Shown here: positions 40,914 through 52,600 of the stretch, piece after piece
Layout of the letters: the number at the start of each line of letters is the position of its first letter
Position numbering within the stretch: the stretch's first letter is position 1
NCBI GenBank assembly: GCA_002811645.1
Contig: PDIP01000014.1
Location: 1-64,000, forward strand
Length of the DNA: 64,000 nt
From: Corallochytrium limacisporum Hawaii
Lineage: Eukaryota > Protista > Pluriformea
Direction of reading: 5' to 3'
Translations under genes and position numbers: made by a program
The notes under the pieces: generated by a model
What the model saw: only the letters and a program-made list of their open reading frames with translations
What the model was told of the DNA's origin: nothing
Database searches by the model: none

Positions 40914-43550
40914 ATGAATACGGGGACGTGCGAGCACACATTCCAGTCAAACGGGTCGCAGAAGGATGCTACAGCTACAAACTCAACAGACCTTAAGCAA
41001 GCAGCACCCGGCAAGGCATTCAGCAAATTATCAACAGCTGAAGAACCCCTAGTGAAACGGTTGGCATTGCAAGTTGCGAATGATCCTACTCAATGCAACG
41101 CACATGTTAGGCTAATTACTGCTCTAAGGGAATCGGGGGACGTAGCGGGGGCTCGGAAAGCACGTTTCCGCCTCTATGAGTACTGTCCGTTGTCACCACA
41201 GCTTTGGTTAGACTGGATCCGAGACGAAAGGGCATTGGGCTCTGATAATTTTGAGTCAGTTAGGGACCCGGAGAACATTCATGTACACTTCGAGGAGTGG
41301 CCAGAATTCATGAGGCACATCACCACTTGTGCGCTGGAAGATTACTACTCTCTAGAAGTTCTGATGGAAACTTGTGACATCGCCGAATCGCTCTGTATCA
41401 AGGGGACCGCGAGCATCGATGAAGCAAATGCCAGTTTTGAGAAGGCACTTGGTGAATGTTCACATGATGTTGCTGCAGGGTTCAAGATATATGAGCAGTA
41501 TCGTCACTTTGTAGAGCTTCTTCAGAACAAAAACATAATCGGCGAACAAGAAAGTAGGGAACGGCGATGCGAACTTTGGAAAAGGCAACTCTCATTGCCT
41601 TTCGTAGACATGGAGAAGGCTTTGAAGGAGTTCGCAGTGTGGCTGGACGATATCAATGATTCCATGACTCTGGATGAAGTACTGCAGGCGTATGCACCGG
41701 CAAAGGCGATCCTAGATGAAAGAAAGGAGTTTGAAGCTAGTCTTGCGCAGATCGAGTCATCAAACCCGGAAAATATTGATGGTCTGTGTCACATATACCA
41801 GGAATATCTGAAAATGGAGAGGAACGGGATGAATTCGAGTCGGCCTCGAACACACAGACTCTATGAGCGTGCGGTAACAGCATGCAAAACAAAGAGTCAC
41901 CTCTGGAAAGACTATGTGCTGTTCGTTGGCGCTGAGGGCGAGGCCGTAGTACGGTCGCAGTGGATGGTGGCCAGGCGCGGTGTTCGAAATTGTCCTTCTG
42001 ACAAACAGCTGTGGCTCATTTGTGCGAAACTGGCCGAGACCCTAGTGGTTCCAAGTGAGACCATTATGCACTGTTTCGAGAGGGCAAAGAAGCATGCGGC
42101 ATCCTCCCACGAGGACTTCATTGACATAGTAAGACATCAAGCAAGCTGGGCACGACGTCACCACTCGGAGAGCCGTTCGCATGCGACACGGGAACAGAAG
42201 ATTGATAGCATATTCGACAGGGCAACTCATGAAGAGGAAGAGACGTTCGGCCTTGATCCGCAGCGTCGTTTGGCGCGGGACTGGGCTGGCTATCTATTGC
42301 ACTTCCAGGACATCGACGGTTATCTAAATGTATGGAAAACGAAGGTGTTAACAGCCGAAGCGAAGTTGATGGCGTCGTTCTGGTTGGAGTTTCTTGGTCA
42401 ATTGAGAGAACTGCCGATCAAATTTGGCCCGGACAGATTGCGCAAATTGTATTTGGAGGCCCTGGATTCCGTTCACGATTACGTTCCCGCTGTATTGGAG
42501 AGTTACATAGGGTTCGAGTATATTTATGGAACGATGGCCACCTTGGAAGCGGCCGAGAAGCGATACTCCGAGTATTTGGGAAATGTCCCCCACCAGGAAG
42601 AAGAACAGCATGAACCCTTAGCAGACAATCCATCAAGAAAGCGACCGGCTGAAGATGTGGAAGATGTGGTAATGGATCAAGAGCAAAAAAAGATGGCTCT
42701 TGAAAAAGAGCCTGGTCCTGGGCAACCGATCAACAAGCCTGGGGATTTGAGGAAGATCGCTTCAAGAGTGCTCTTTGCCAAGAATCTACCATTTGTGGCC
42801 AGCGTTGAACAGATTCAACAGGCTTTTGATGGTCTCGAACTTGTTGATCTTCGAACAGATAGGCAGGGACGAAGCAAGGGTCAGGCAAATCTTGTATTTG
42901 TCTCGTCTAAAGCTGCACAAGATGCTCTCAACAGGGATCGTACCATTTTCATGGGCCGCAGCTTATTCCTCTCAAAGTTCAAGGCCAGGGATGCCTCGGA
43001 CCCGGATGCGAACGGTCAGAGGTATGTGGTGCTGATGAAGGGCATACCAGTGGAGATGTCAAGGGCTGAATTGTCGGAACTTCTGACAGACACACCTGGT
43101 ATGATGGAATTCCGTTTAATAACTAACAATTCTACCGGGGCGTCGAAGGGATTTGCATACATAGATTTCGATGATGAGACTAGGGCCAAAGAGTTCATCA
43201 GGGACGGTTCAATGGACTTGGGAGTGTCAATAGTCCATGTTTCGATGTCAGAACCTCCTAGAAAACCTGGCGAGAAGAGAAAGAAGCAGGAAAAGGTGAA
43301 GGAGACGAATTCGGGGCCTGTGCAGTCGAAGACAATGTCGCCCTTCGCACCAATGATGATTCCGCGATCTATAGCCAAAGGGGGCACAAAACCGGCACAA
43401 CGGATTAAACTGAAAACTGAAGTCCTAAAGGCAGACGCAGCAAATGTATCAGGGTCTGCAAGGAAGGTTCTGAATGGGAACGAAAAGGATGAGATGACTG
43501 TAGATGGAGACAGCGATTGTGCCGCCAACCGAGCAGAAACCCGCAGGTAG
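40914..43550 (+). CDS. SART3: SART3/Prp24 U4/U6 snRNP recycling factor (HAT repeats + two RRMs)
   Basis: HAT repeats (PLSPQLWLDWIRDE, WKRQLSLP, LYERAV, RRGVRNCP), NLS-like RKRP, RRMs with LFAKNLPF/GRSKGQA and SKGFAYIDF followed by SEPP. Confidence 0.88.
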   Translation: MNTGTCEHTFQSNGSQKDATATNSTDLKQAAPGKAFSKLSTAEEPLVKRLALQVANDPTQCNAHVRLITALRESGDVAGARKARFRLYEYCPLSPQLWLDWIRDERALGSDNFESVRDPENIHVHFEEWPEFMRHITTCALEDYYSLEVLMETCDIAESLCIKGTASIDEANASFEKALGECSHDVAAGFKIYEQYRHFVELLQNKNIIGEQESRERRCELWKRQLSLPFVDMEKALKEFAVWLDDINDSMTLDEVLQAYAPAKAILDERKEFEASLAQIESSNPENIDGLCHIYQEYLKMERNGMNSSRPRTHRLYERAVTACKTKSHLWKDYVLFVGAEGEAVVRSQWMVARRGVRNCPSDKQLWLICAKLAETLVVPSETIMHCFERAKKHAASSHEDFIDIVRHQASWARRHHSESRSHATREQKIDSIFDRATHEEEETFGLDPQRRLARDWAGYLLHFQDIDGYLNVWKTKVLTAEAKLMASFWLEFLGQLRELPIKFGPDRLRKLYLEALDSVHDYVPAVLESYIGFEYIYGTMATLEAAEKRYSEYLGNVPHQEEEQHEPLADNPSRKRPAEDVEDVVMDQEQKKMALEKEPGPGQPINKPGDLRKIASRVLFAKNLPFVASVEQIQQAFDGLELVDLRTDRQGRSKGQANLVFVSSKAAQDALNRDRTIFMGRSLFLSKFKARDASDPDANGQRYVVLMKGIPVEMSRAELSELLTDTPGMMEFRLITNNSTGASKGFAYIDFDDETRAKEFIRDGSMDLGVSIVHVSMSEPPRKPGEKRKKQEKVKETNSGPVQSKTMSPFAPMMIPRSIAKGGTKPAQRIKLKTEVLKADAANVSGSARKVLNGNEKDEMTVDGDSDCAANRAETRR

Positions 43551-43949
43551 CTATCGCTTCACAGCGGAACGCACCACATGCCGAGCTGAGATCTAATTAC
43601 TGGAACAGTGGTTGTTCACCGAAGACATGTAAAGTAAACGTCATTGTAATCACCAACCTTCATCGGCGATGGTTGTCCGTACAATATGAGTTCTGAGCAC
43701 TGTAGCGGGCAGCTTGTTCCGTTCATCGAAACCCTAACATTATCGGCGATTGAGATCTGCCGACGCTAATCAAACCACTTTCAGGCCCCTCTGGGATGCC
43801 ACATACATGTCGATCATTGCAGTCGCTGAGCAAACGGCTGCAGCACTCTTTCCTACGCCGCTCGCTCTCCGAGTATAGTGCTTCACTCACAACCGCGCAG
43901 TTGTGCCAAAGTGCTGGGCAGATGTCAGCTCTCCGAATCAAGCACAGGG

Positions 43950-45600
43950 CCACACAATAGTTGTTTGCTCTCCCACCTTGCCTTAAGCATCGTTGGGGTC
44001 CAGTACACCACCAGAGCGAAATACACCGCATCTGGCGCCTAGTCGATGAGTACGTCAAAGGCACTATCTTTGGTTCGCTGGACAAATTCCGGTGGGGTCA
44101 TTGGGAAACTGTAGAAGCCGCCATGCTGTCGAGCATGGTTTGCAGGCAACGATATCGGGCACAAAGACACACATAGCATCCAACACGACGGACACAAGTT
44201 CTGGAGCCTAAACCTAGTCCGCGAGACCCACTTAAACTGGCCCAGGAACTCCACACAGGCTCTTGACTGCAGGGCGCACGCCTACCCACGGGGATAAGTT
44301 GCTAGTGATTTCTGCAAGTGGCTTTCGTGCACCGACCAGCACCATTTCCTATACAAGTTTCCCATGCCACCCGTAGTCTCATTAGGCTCAGTATGGCGTA
44401 CTGGCATCTACGCAGACAACTGACGAAAAAATTCGCCGCCCTTCGGCCGTGTTGCCGCATCTCCTCCTGATTTTGGTGGGCACCACACTTTTATGGGAGA
44501 CAATAGAAGGGCGATATCATACCTGACAAGCACGCCGCTCGCTTTCTGAGGTGCTCAACGACTCTCAGAACTCTTGAAAACTTGACTCTATCCCACGGGC
44601 GAGTACGGGATGACAAAACTTCTCAATAGTGAAAGTGCCGAACTCACGAAGTTTAAACCTCAGCCCGTTAAAAGGACCTTCAAAGGGCAATTTACGATCC
44701 CTCAACGCAAGACCTAGTGGACCGTAGTTTCTGTGCTATATGGTACCTGAGATGAGTTTTGAAAGAGGGCAGGCGCTTTGCATAGAAGTGGGTTTGGAGC
44801 AGGAATCCCAGCTCAACCCAATCCATCCCGAGCACGACTTGTACTGTGTTGGCTACAGGGCGGCGGCACAACGACTGTCTATTCGTTTCTGCAGACAACT
44901 AGGTCCGCACAACGTTGCGGCAGGGACTAGCCATGGCTGTCACCGCACCAACCATGAAGGCACCGCCATCCGGTACTGAAACCGTGGTCTGGCTGATCGA
45001 CGACTATGGCACCCTGGCAACACACATTTCCCTCGCCTTTCATGGATCCTAATATTGGGAACTAGGCAAAGAAATTAGCTTTGTTGATCCCTGGGTAGTA
45101 GTCAATGTGTCAATATCTGGATTTCCTGCCAGTCTTCTGTGTTGCTGTTGACCAGTGTGATGCCCACGTGCCCTTAGTTTGGGTTTCCGTTGTTCATGTT
45201 CCAAGAACCGATACACCACCAGGTGTGCTCTCTCTTTTCATTGTTCCTCCGATCCTGCGGCAGTGGATGATAGCGGACCGGAAGGGATGTGGCGGGCAAA
45301 CTGGGTGTGAACTGACGAAACTCAAAATAGTACCACCCAACTTCTATTGAACATTCGGATATATCGATCTTCTGGCACCTTGTGCGATACGTTTGTTTTG
45401 GATTGAATAGCTGAACCATCCGGTAGTTGTTTGGTATCCATGCAGACTCCCCCTCCGTTTTGTTTGGGTCGTTGTCGTAATACATTATGGGTGGCAATTG
45501 TGAATTCAGCCTCAGTAACTCTGGCGTGCTTTTTAACAAACGTGGGACTACGTAGCATCCTCTTGCTCTCTGTGTCAATCCCGTATTCGCGGGAGAGCGT
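43950..45600. pseudogene. Possible decayed coding fragments, unidentified
   Basis: The minus-strand frame 45578-45174 continues past an in-frame TAA as protein-like text (...WWCIGSWNMNNGNPN*GHVGITLVNSNTEDWQEIQIL). A separate plus-strand fragment reads IWRLVDEYVKGTIFGSLDKFRWGHWETVEAAMLSS. Confidence 0.22.
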
Positions 45601-47150
45601 GTCCCAGTACAACCTTCAATTTTGGGCTATGGACAGTCCACTTATACCCAGCGACAATATATACAGCTACACCTTGACAGTGTACACAGTTAAATACCTT
45701 TTATATGTAATCCGTTCGCTTTCAAACCAAAGTATGTACTATGACATCCCGTCGGTTCCAAATTACCACAATGACCATCACACTCCCTGTCCATATATAC
45801 TGGGCGACATGTCAACAGTGATCATTTACGGAAGGTCCCGGAAGTATCAAAAGAGTGTAAGCGAAAGAAAAAAAATCTTCCATTCTCAGTGAAAGACAGC
45901 AGACGGCGAATGTCCAGAAGCATCTCTATTTTTCTGAACTTTTTTATTATTGGGAACAGCATTCCCATTACTTCCCTGTCCGTCGTTCTCCGAATAGAGA
46001 GATTTTTGTCGTACTCTTGCTGCTGGTAACCCGCCTCGGATAATGAGGGTTGAAGAAATATTTGACGTTGCCTTTCGGTCCACACCAACGCATATACTGA
46101 GCATTTTAACAGTGTTGCCGTGCACTTCCGGCCCTGTGGGAGCCAAACCGGAGAGCTTCCGCCTTCCGATGTTGCTTTAGTGAAAATTCATCCCAAAGGC
46201 GTGGACCCAAATAACGTGGTGCGCGCTCTGTTCAGATTGTCCTGTACTTAAGATGTGTGGTGCATGCGCTCTCTCTGTCTCTGTATCTCTCTCGCTCTGT
46301 TCTCTTCCAGTTTAGTCTTTTCTTAGTTTGCTGCATCGTACCTGCTTCCACAATGGTCTCTTTACCCACGGCGACAACAACGCGACGAACGGCATCCCTT
46401 CCCAACTTTCTGCAAGCGGGACCCAGGGGCTGGAGGTTGACTAGCGTGTTTCGTACCCACCGTACAGAGAGAGAGCGAGTTCGGATGGTGGGTTGTGATC
46501 GACAAACAAGTTAAAGGATTTGATCTGTCTCACCAAACATTGGAAGGGCCCAGTAACTGCTTCAAACACGCACGCTGGCGGCACAAGGTTTTCTCAACCC
46601 ATCTATCCATCCACCATCACGTACACACGCTCACGCACACATACAGAGCACTTGAGCAGCAACCCCCCCTTCCTTCCGCGCGACATTCGTTGGGATAGCC
46701 GTGGGTGGGAGGGGGGCCAACATGCACCATTTCCTCCCTTTCCCGGCAAGCGTTCCATTTGTTTAGTATGCATCTACTCCCTCCCTAACACGAAGGTCAC
46801 AGTTTGGGATAGAAGTCAACCCAAGTAGAGGGCATTTCGGCTGCAGTTGACCGATCGGTGGCCCTGTTGGATCCCCAGTGTGGGGCCTTGGAGCGTGGCG
46901 TGCCACCACATTGTTATGACAAAACAAGGAGAACCGTTTTGGGAGGCTCACACCGGGAGTAGTCTTCATGTGGATATCTAGCGAGAATGACGGAGCGTGT
47001 GCACAGGTGCACCACGAGTGGAGCGAAAATAACCTTCTAGGGAGACTGTTACGAAAAAGGTATTCATGGAGCTGTACTGTTTACAATTGGTAATTTATTG
47101 TTTGCAACTATCCCGAAGTTCGTGTGAATCTCGAAACAGGTACAATCAAA

Positions 47151-48068
47151 ATGGCTCCTAAGAAGAAATTGGAATTCTACGAGGACTTCCTCCTCGGTGG
47201 TGTGGCTGCCGCTGTCTCCAAGACTGTGTCTGCCCCCATTGAGCGTGTCAAGCTGCTTGTGCAGAACCAGGACGAGATGCTCAAGACTGGCCGTCTCGCC
47301 AAGCCCTACAGCGGCATGATGGACTGCTTCGCTCGCGTCTACCAGGAGGAGGGTATTGCTCCTTTCTGGCGTGGTAACACCGCTAACGTCATCCGTTACT
47401 TCCCCACCCAGGCTCTGAACTTCGCTTTCAAGGACTACTTCAAGGCTATGTTCAACTTCAAGAAGGAGGAAAACTACTGGCAATGGTTCGCCGGTAACAT
47501 GGCCTCTGGTGGTCTTGCTGGTGCTTCTTCTTTGGTCTTCGTCTACTCTCTGGATTACGCTCGTACCCGTCTCGCCAACGATGCTAAGTCTGCCGGTAAG
47601 GGCGGCGGTGAGCGCCAGTACAACGGTCTGGTGGATGTCTACCGCAAGACTTTGGCCTCTGATGGTATTGCCGGTCTGTACCGTGGTTTCGTTATCTCTT
47701 GCGTTGGTATCATTGTGTACCGCGGCTGCTACTTCGGTTTCTACGACTCCCTGAAGCCTCTGGTTTTGGGTGAGTCCAACAGCTTCATGGCCTCCTTCCT
47801 GCTGGGTTGGGGTGTTACCATCACTGCTGGTCTGGCCTCTTACCCTCTGGATACTATTCGCCGTCGTATGATGATGACTTCTGGTGAGGCCGTCAAGTAC
47901 AACTCTTCTCTCGACGCTGCTGCCCAGATCATGAAGAAGGAGGGTGTCGGCTCCTTCTTCAAGGGTGCTGGTGCCAACATTCTTCGTGGTGTTGCTGGTG
48001 CTGGTGCTCTGGCCGGTTTCGACAAGATCAAGGAGGTCTACATCGACTACCGTCTCGGTCAGGAATAA
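47151..48068 (+). CDS. ANT: Mitochondrial ADP/ATP carrier (ANT/AAC)
   Basis: [54 protein letters not shown], signature RRRMMM. aaaATG at 47151 (305 aa). Strong codon bias. Confidence 0.98.
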   Translation: MAPKKKLEFYEDFLLGGVAAAVSKTVSAPIERVKLLVQNQDEMLKTGRLAKPYSGMMDCFARVYQEEGIAPFWRGNTANVIRYFPTQALNFAFKDYFKAMFNFKKEENYWQWFAGNMASGGLAGASSLVFVYSLDYARTRLANDAKSAGKGGGERQYNGLVDVYRKTLASDGIAGLYRGFVISCVGIIVYRGCYFGFYDSLKPLVLGESNSFMASFLLGWGVTITAGLASYPLDTIRRRMMMTSGEAVKYNSSLDAAAQIMKKEGVGSFFKGAGANILRGVAGAGALAGFDKIKEVYIDYRLGQE

Positions 48069-48905
48069 ATTTGTCCCATCGTTTCCTATGGACGCTAGGT
48101 CTGTTCAAACCCATTGATCGATCGCCTAGTGTATTGTCTCTGTTGACGATTGGTAGTTCTGCATGATCTGCGAGTCCTTGCAGTGTATGTGGACGCGGGA
48201 GTCCCCGGATGCAGGGTACGGCAGTGAAATGTGTCATTGAACATTTACATGGGCGGGCCGCGGATCCAAAGAGCATGTGAACTCTTTGTATTGAGGGATG
48301 TGTACGAGGCTTCGGCCCTCAGCAGCACCCAATATCGGAGCGATGCCGTTCTGGAGCTTGGTCCAGTCTTGATCCTCTTTTCGTTTTACATCATTAAACC
48401 TTTTGTGATATCAATCGAAAGAACATAGCCATGTACAACTATCTATCTACATGCATTCGACTTCTTGTTGGTAGCTCATTTGTATGCTTTGAAGAGCGAA
48501 TGGTGTGAAGTCATATCCGTCCACCTGCCCTGGGGTGCTAGTAGATGCAGAAACAGGGACTGAACCGCGTCTTTGCAGCAGATAACATGCAGGACCACTT
48601 ACACCACACGAAGCGGTGTCTGGAGGAAAACAAGGCCCCTCCCTCCCCCTAACCCCCTTTTTTCTCCCTCGTCCCCGATTCGCCCCGTCTACTTCCGCAA
48701 GGGAGAAAGACACTAAACTGGCAAACAGTTTCTGTTGTTGCGAACGAACTGTGGGAGCGGGACTGGCGGGTTTGTTGGGGGAATTGAATAAACTGGTATG
48801 CGTCCAAACGTATATGAAGGAGCCCACGAGGTTTGAGCATCGCTTGAAGAGGAGTTTATACAATGCATCTTTGGCGCAGCTAGACATCCAAAGAAGCCGT
48901 CGAAC

Positions 48906-49637
48906 ATGTCATTGGAGCGCATCATTCTTGTGCGCCATGGTGAGTCAGAGGGCAACGTGGACCCTGACGTATACAAGAGAAAGGCTGATCACTCAATTGA
49001 GCTTTCTGAGAGAGGGCACAGGCAAGCAGAAGACGTGGGTAAGTTTCTGAAAAAATTCTTTGAAGATACTTTCGGGACAGAGAAACCACTTATCCGACTC
49101 TGGAACTCCCCGTACGTGCGCACCCGCCAGACGGCACAGCATATCCAAAGTCAATGCCAGGACTGGATCTATGATCGCACAGAACACATCAATTTCGTAG
49201 AGCAACAGTTTGGTCTATTTGATGGTTGCCGTACAGATGAAGAGCGAAAGGCCATTCATCCCCACTCTTTTGAGCGTTTTAGACGCTGCATTGACCATGA
49301 CGGCTTATTTTGGGCAAAATTTCCAGAAGGCGAGTCCCGCTTTGATGTCGCGGTCCGGGTTCATCAGGCTTTCGGATCGATTCACAGAGATGCGGAATGC
49401 AGACCATACCGCGACGGAATCAAGAACATCGTAGTGGTTGCCCACGGAGTAACAATCCGTGCATTTGTAATGCAATGGCTCCATCGATCGCCTGAATGGT
49501 TCAATACAACTGTGAACCCGAAGAACTGTTCAGTTTGGCTGCTTGAGCGAAACAAAGACCAAGGATACATTTGGGCGGGCGAAGATCATGCACCCACGAA
49601 CTCGTCAAACGATACACTAGCAGGACCCAAGAAGTAA
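48906..49637 (+). CDS. Histidine phosphatase / phosphoglycerate-mutase-like protein (Det1/At74-like)
   Basis: IILVRHGESEGN, SPYVRTRQT, EQQFG, FPEGESRFDV..R, VVVAHG, NPKNC. Confidence 0.9.
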   Translation: MSLERIILVRHGESEGNVDPDVYKRKADHSIELSERGHRQAEDVGKFLKKFFEDTFGTEKPLIRLWNSPYVRTRQTAQHIQSQCQDWIYDRTEHINFVEQQFGLFDGCRTDEERKAIHPHSFERFRRCIDHDGLFWAKFPEGESRFDVAVRVHQAFGSIHRDAECRPYRDGIKNIVVVAHGVTIRAFVMQWLHRSPEWFNTTVNPKNCSVWLLERNKDQGYIWAGEDHAPTNSSNDTLAGPKK

Positions 49638-49667
49638 AGAATATTGAGCGCAATAGACATATTTAAT

Positions 49668-52600
49668 TCAGTTAGGGGCGTCACGATAGGCAGCATAGGC
49701 TTCGCTGATGACAGCAAAGATGCGGTTCGCCAACTCTTCGTGTTCACCACCCTGGTTTTTGTCGGGGTGAACGACCAGGCATGCCTTCATGTAGGCTTTC
49801 TTTATCTGTCCAGCGCTCTGCATGTTGCCAATGTTCGGATCAGTCCAGCTGGCACCTTCCCAAAGAACCTGACTCATGCTGCCCAATAGTGCACGAATGT
49901 TGTTCTCCTTTCCAGAGTACCAGGAGCGAACCTTCTCCTTCTCCTTGGCTTGCAGTGCAGCCTCAGGATCGTCAGCTTCAAGTTGGGCCATGCGAATCGC
50001 ATTCATGGATTTCATGGAAGGGTCCTCGGTCTTGGGCACAAAATTATGAGCTGAAAGAAGATCTGAGAAGCTGCCATCACCTTGGGATCCGCTGAGAGGT
50101 TCCTTCGACATAAAGAAGTCATTGGGGTTGTGTCCTTGTTTCTTCACAGACGCACCGCGGGAAGGTTGCTGCTGATTGCCACGCATTTCAGCATGGCTCA
50201 CATGGACGTTATAATTGGGCCGTGACGGAGGTGGTGCGTGCTGCATCTTAGGACTGGCCCCTCCACGCACGTTTGCGTTGGCGGCCTTCGGAGAGCTGGC
50301 ACCCGAGTTTGCTGGAGCATTGCTCCCACTACCGCCCATCAAGTTTGCAAATATGTCATCAGCCGCTCCCATACCTTGCTTTCCCCCGGCACCCATCATC
50401 GGCTGGCCTGCCGACCCCGGACGATTGCCCATTGGGCTTGAACTTGCTGCGCGGTTGTAGCCCTGGGGTGCCATTGGGCGGGGTGCGCCCATTCCCATAC
50501 CACCATTGCCCATAGCGCCAGGTACTTGAGGACGACCTCGCGCTTGGAACCCAGCTGCTCCACCATGAGCCGCAAATCCAGTAGGCCCACCACCCATGGT
50601 AGGACCCCGCTGATCAAACTGATTCATGTTCTGACCGGAGCCAGTGCGTGGGATACTGGCTGAGCTGCTGGTTCCACTCATAATGTTACTAGCATCGAAG
50701 CTACCGAGCAAATCGGGGCCATCGTTGCCTTTGGAAGTGGTTTCATCAATGCCCAAGAAGTCATTAGTGATCTGATCAGCAGCACTGGGACCTGTGCTTG
50801 GGCCACTTGCACCGAAGATGTCGTCAAGACCGCCACCGCCAGTCTTGGTGGTGGGCGTCTCTGCAGGCGCATGAGTCGAAGTGCTATTCAGATTAAGCAA
50901 GTCCCCATGATCACCACTTTGAGATGCATCCGCCGCCGGCGTAGCAGCTGGTGTTACATTTCCGCTGCCGCCATCCAACATTTCCCAGACATTCTTCGGG
51001 GCTGATCCATTGGCAGGTTTAGCTGTTTCTTCCTTGCGAGGAGGCGGGACTGGAGTCTGATCCTTCTGTGGACGCTGGGGTGGCCGACGATTTGGTGATG
51101 CCCGAGGTACAGCACCAGAGCCTCCTTGCGGCACAACATAGCAAGATGTCTTCCAAGCATCGGGCGCACGTTCCTCCAACAGCCGACCTTCATTGCTTGC
51201 AGGTTCTCCATCTGCACGATAACTTACCCGAAGCTTAAAACGATCCGAAAACCGCTTGTCAGCACATGCAAAATCCAGCTCTCCCTTGCCAAAATCGATC
51301 CGTTTACCGTCAAGATGCGCAGTATGCAGTTGGAGCTGAATATTATTCCCAGCCTTCAGTCGCTGCATCATTGCACCCGCGGCATGGTTGACGACGATCA
51401 AAACATCCCCCGCAACGTCTGCTTCCATGGAAATGTCTACCATCTTATCAGTGATCTCAAATCGACGCAGAGTGTCAGCATTGTCGGGTTTTGTACTAAA
51501 GACGAGCTTCTCTCCACTTTTCTCAAAAACTTCAATGTATGGTTTGATTGCCTTGCCCCAAGTATCAAGTCCCGGCACGGGGCTGAATTGAATCCGATCA
51601 ATGACAAACGGCAGCTTAGCAGGCACAAATCCTTGCTGGCACATGTCGGTAAAGTATCCGAGGTAGCGTCTCTGTGAAGGTGACGCGCACGGTGCACCAT
51701 CAGGGGTGCGCCGGGTTTGGAAATACTGTAGGGCTTCCTCTGGAGACTTGCACATGCCACAATAAATGAGGTATGCAGCAATCACGCAAGCCGTCTGGCG
51801 CTTGCCATCTGTGCAATGGACTGCGATCACATTCTCTGGATCAGATGTCAGCCACGTATGGAAGCTTTCACAAATATCAAGCAGCTGTTCCAAGGTGGGG
51901 GCGACATCTGGCTTGCCTGGGAACTCGACGGTCTGGCCATTAAAGCGCCGATAGTCGTACTTTTCGGGGGTCAGGTTATAAATCATGTAGTGACCCCGCG
52001 GATGGTTGGTCTCCAGAAAGTGATGGACCTCTTCGATACTGTTCGACTGAAGATCAGTGATGCCACGCTTCGAAGGGAACGGCATCGCGTAGATCTTGGG
52101 CAGAATTTGCGTAATGTCCACACCTTCAGGCATTTGAACTCCGCTGACTTCAGACACCATCTTCTTCGCCTTGCTAAAGGCTGACATACCAGCAGACTTG
52201 AACATATTTCCCATCTTCGACATCCCTGCCGTTAGATCGGCTGTGTAGTCACCGCTTGCGCGGGGACCCTGGTCCCCACTAGCCCCAGAGCTACCTCCCA
52301 TGTTGGGAGTCATCCGACCCATAGCGGCACTTGCTTTGCTCGTGATGCTGCGAAGTTCAATCTTAGTCCCTGCCATCTGAATCAATCTGTCCAGTTCAGA
52401 ACGAACATTGACAGAGTCCGCACCGACTTGGCCTCTCAGCTGCTCTAGTTGTGACAGCACGGAACGGATTGAAATTCGAGAGTCAGAGTCCGGAGCAAGC
52501 ATTTCTCGCAGTAATGGCACATACATCTCAGCTTGTGTGCCAGAGGGATAATCTACCTTACCACTCATGATACGTAGCTTGTCCTCCGGGCCGAATGGAG

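Noticed and set aside
43548-43589. Stop-codon readthrough context TAG-CTA after SART3
   Set aside because: The extension is 12 residues with no targeting or LSm-binding motif.
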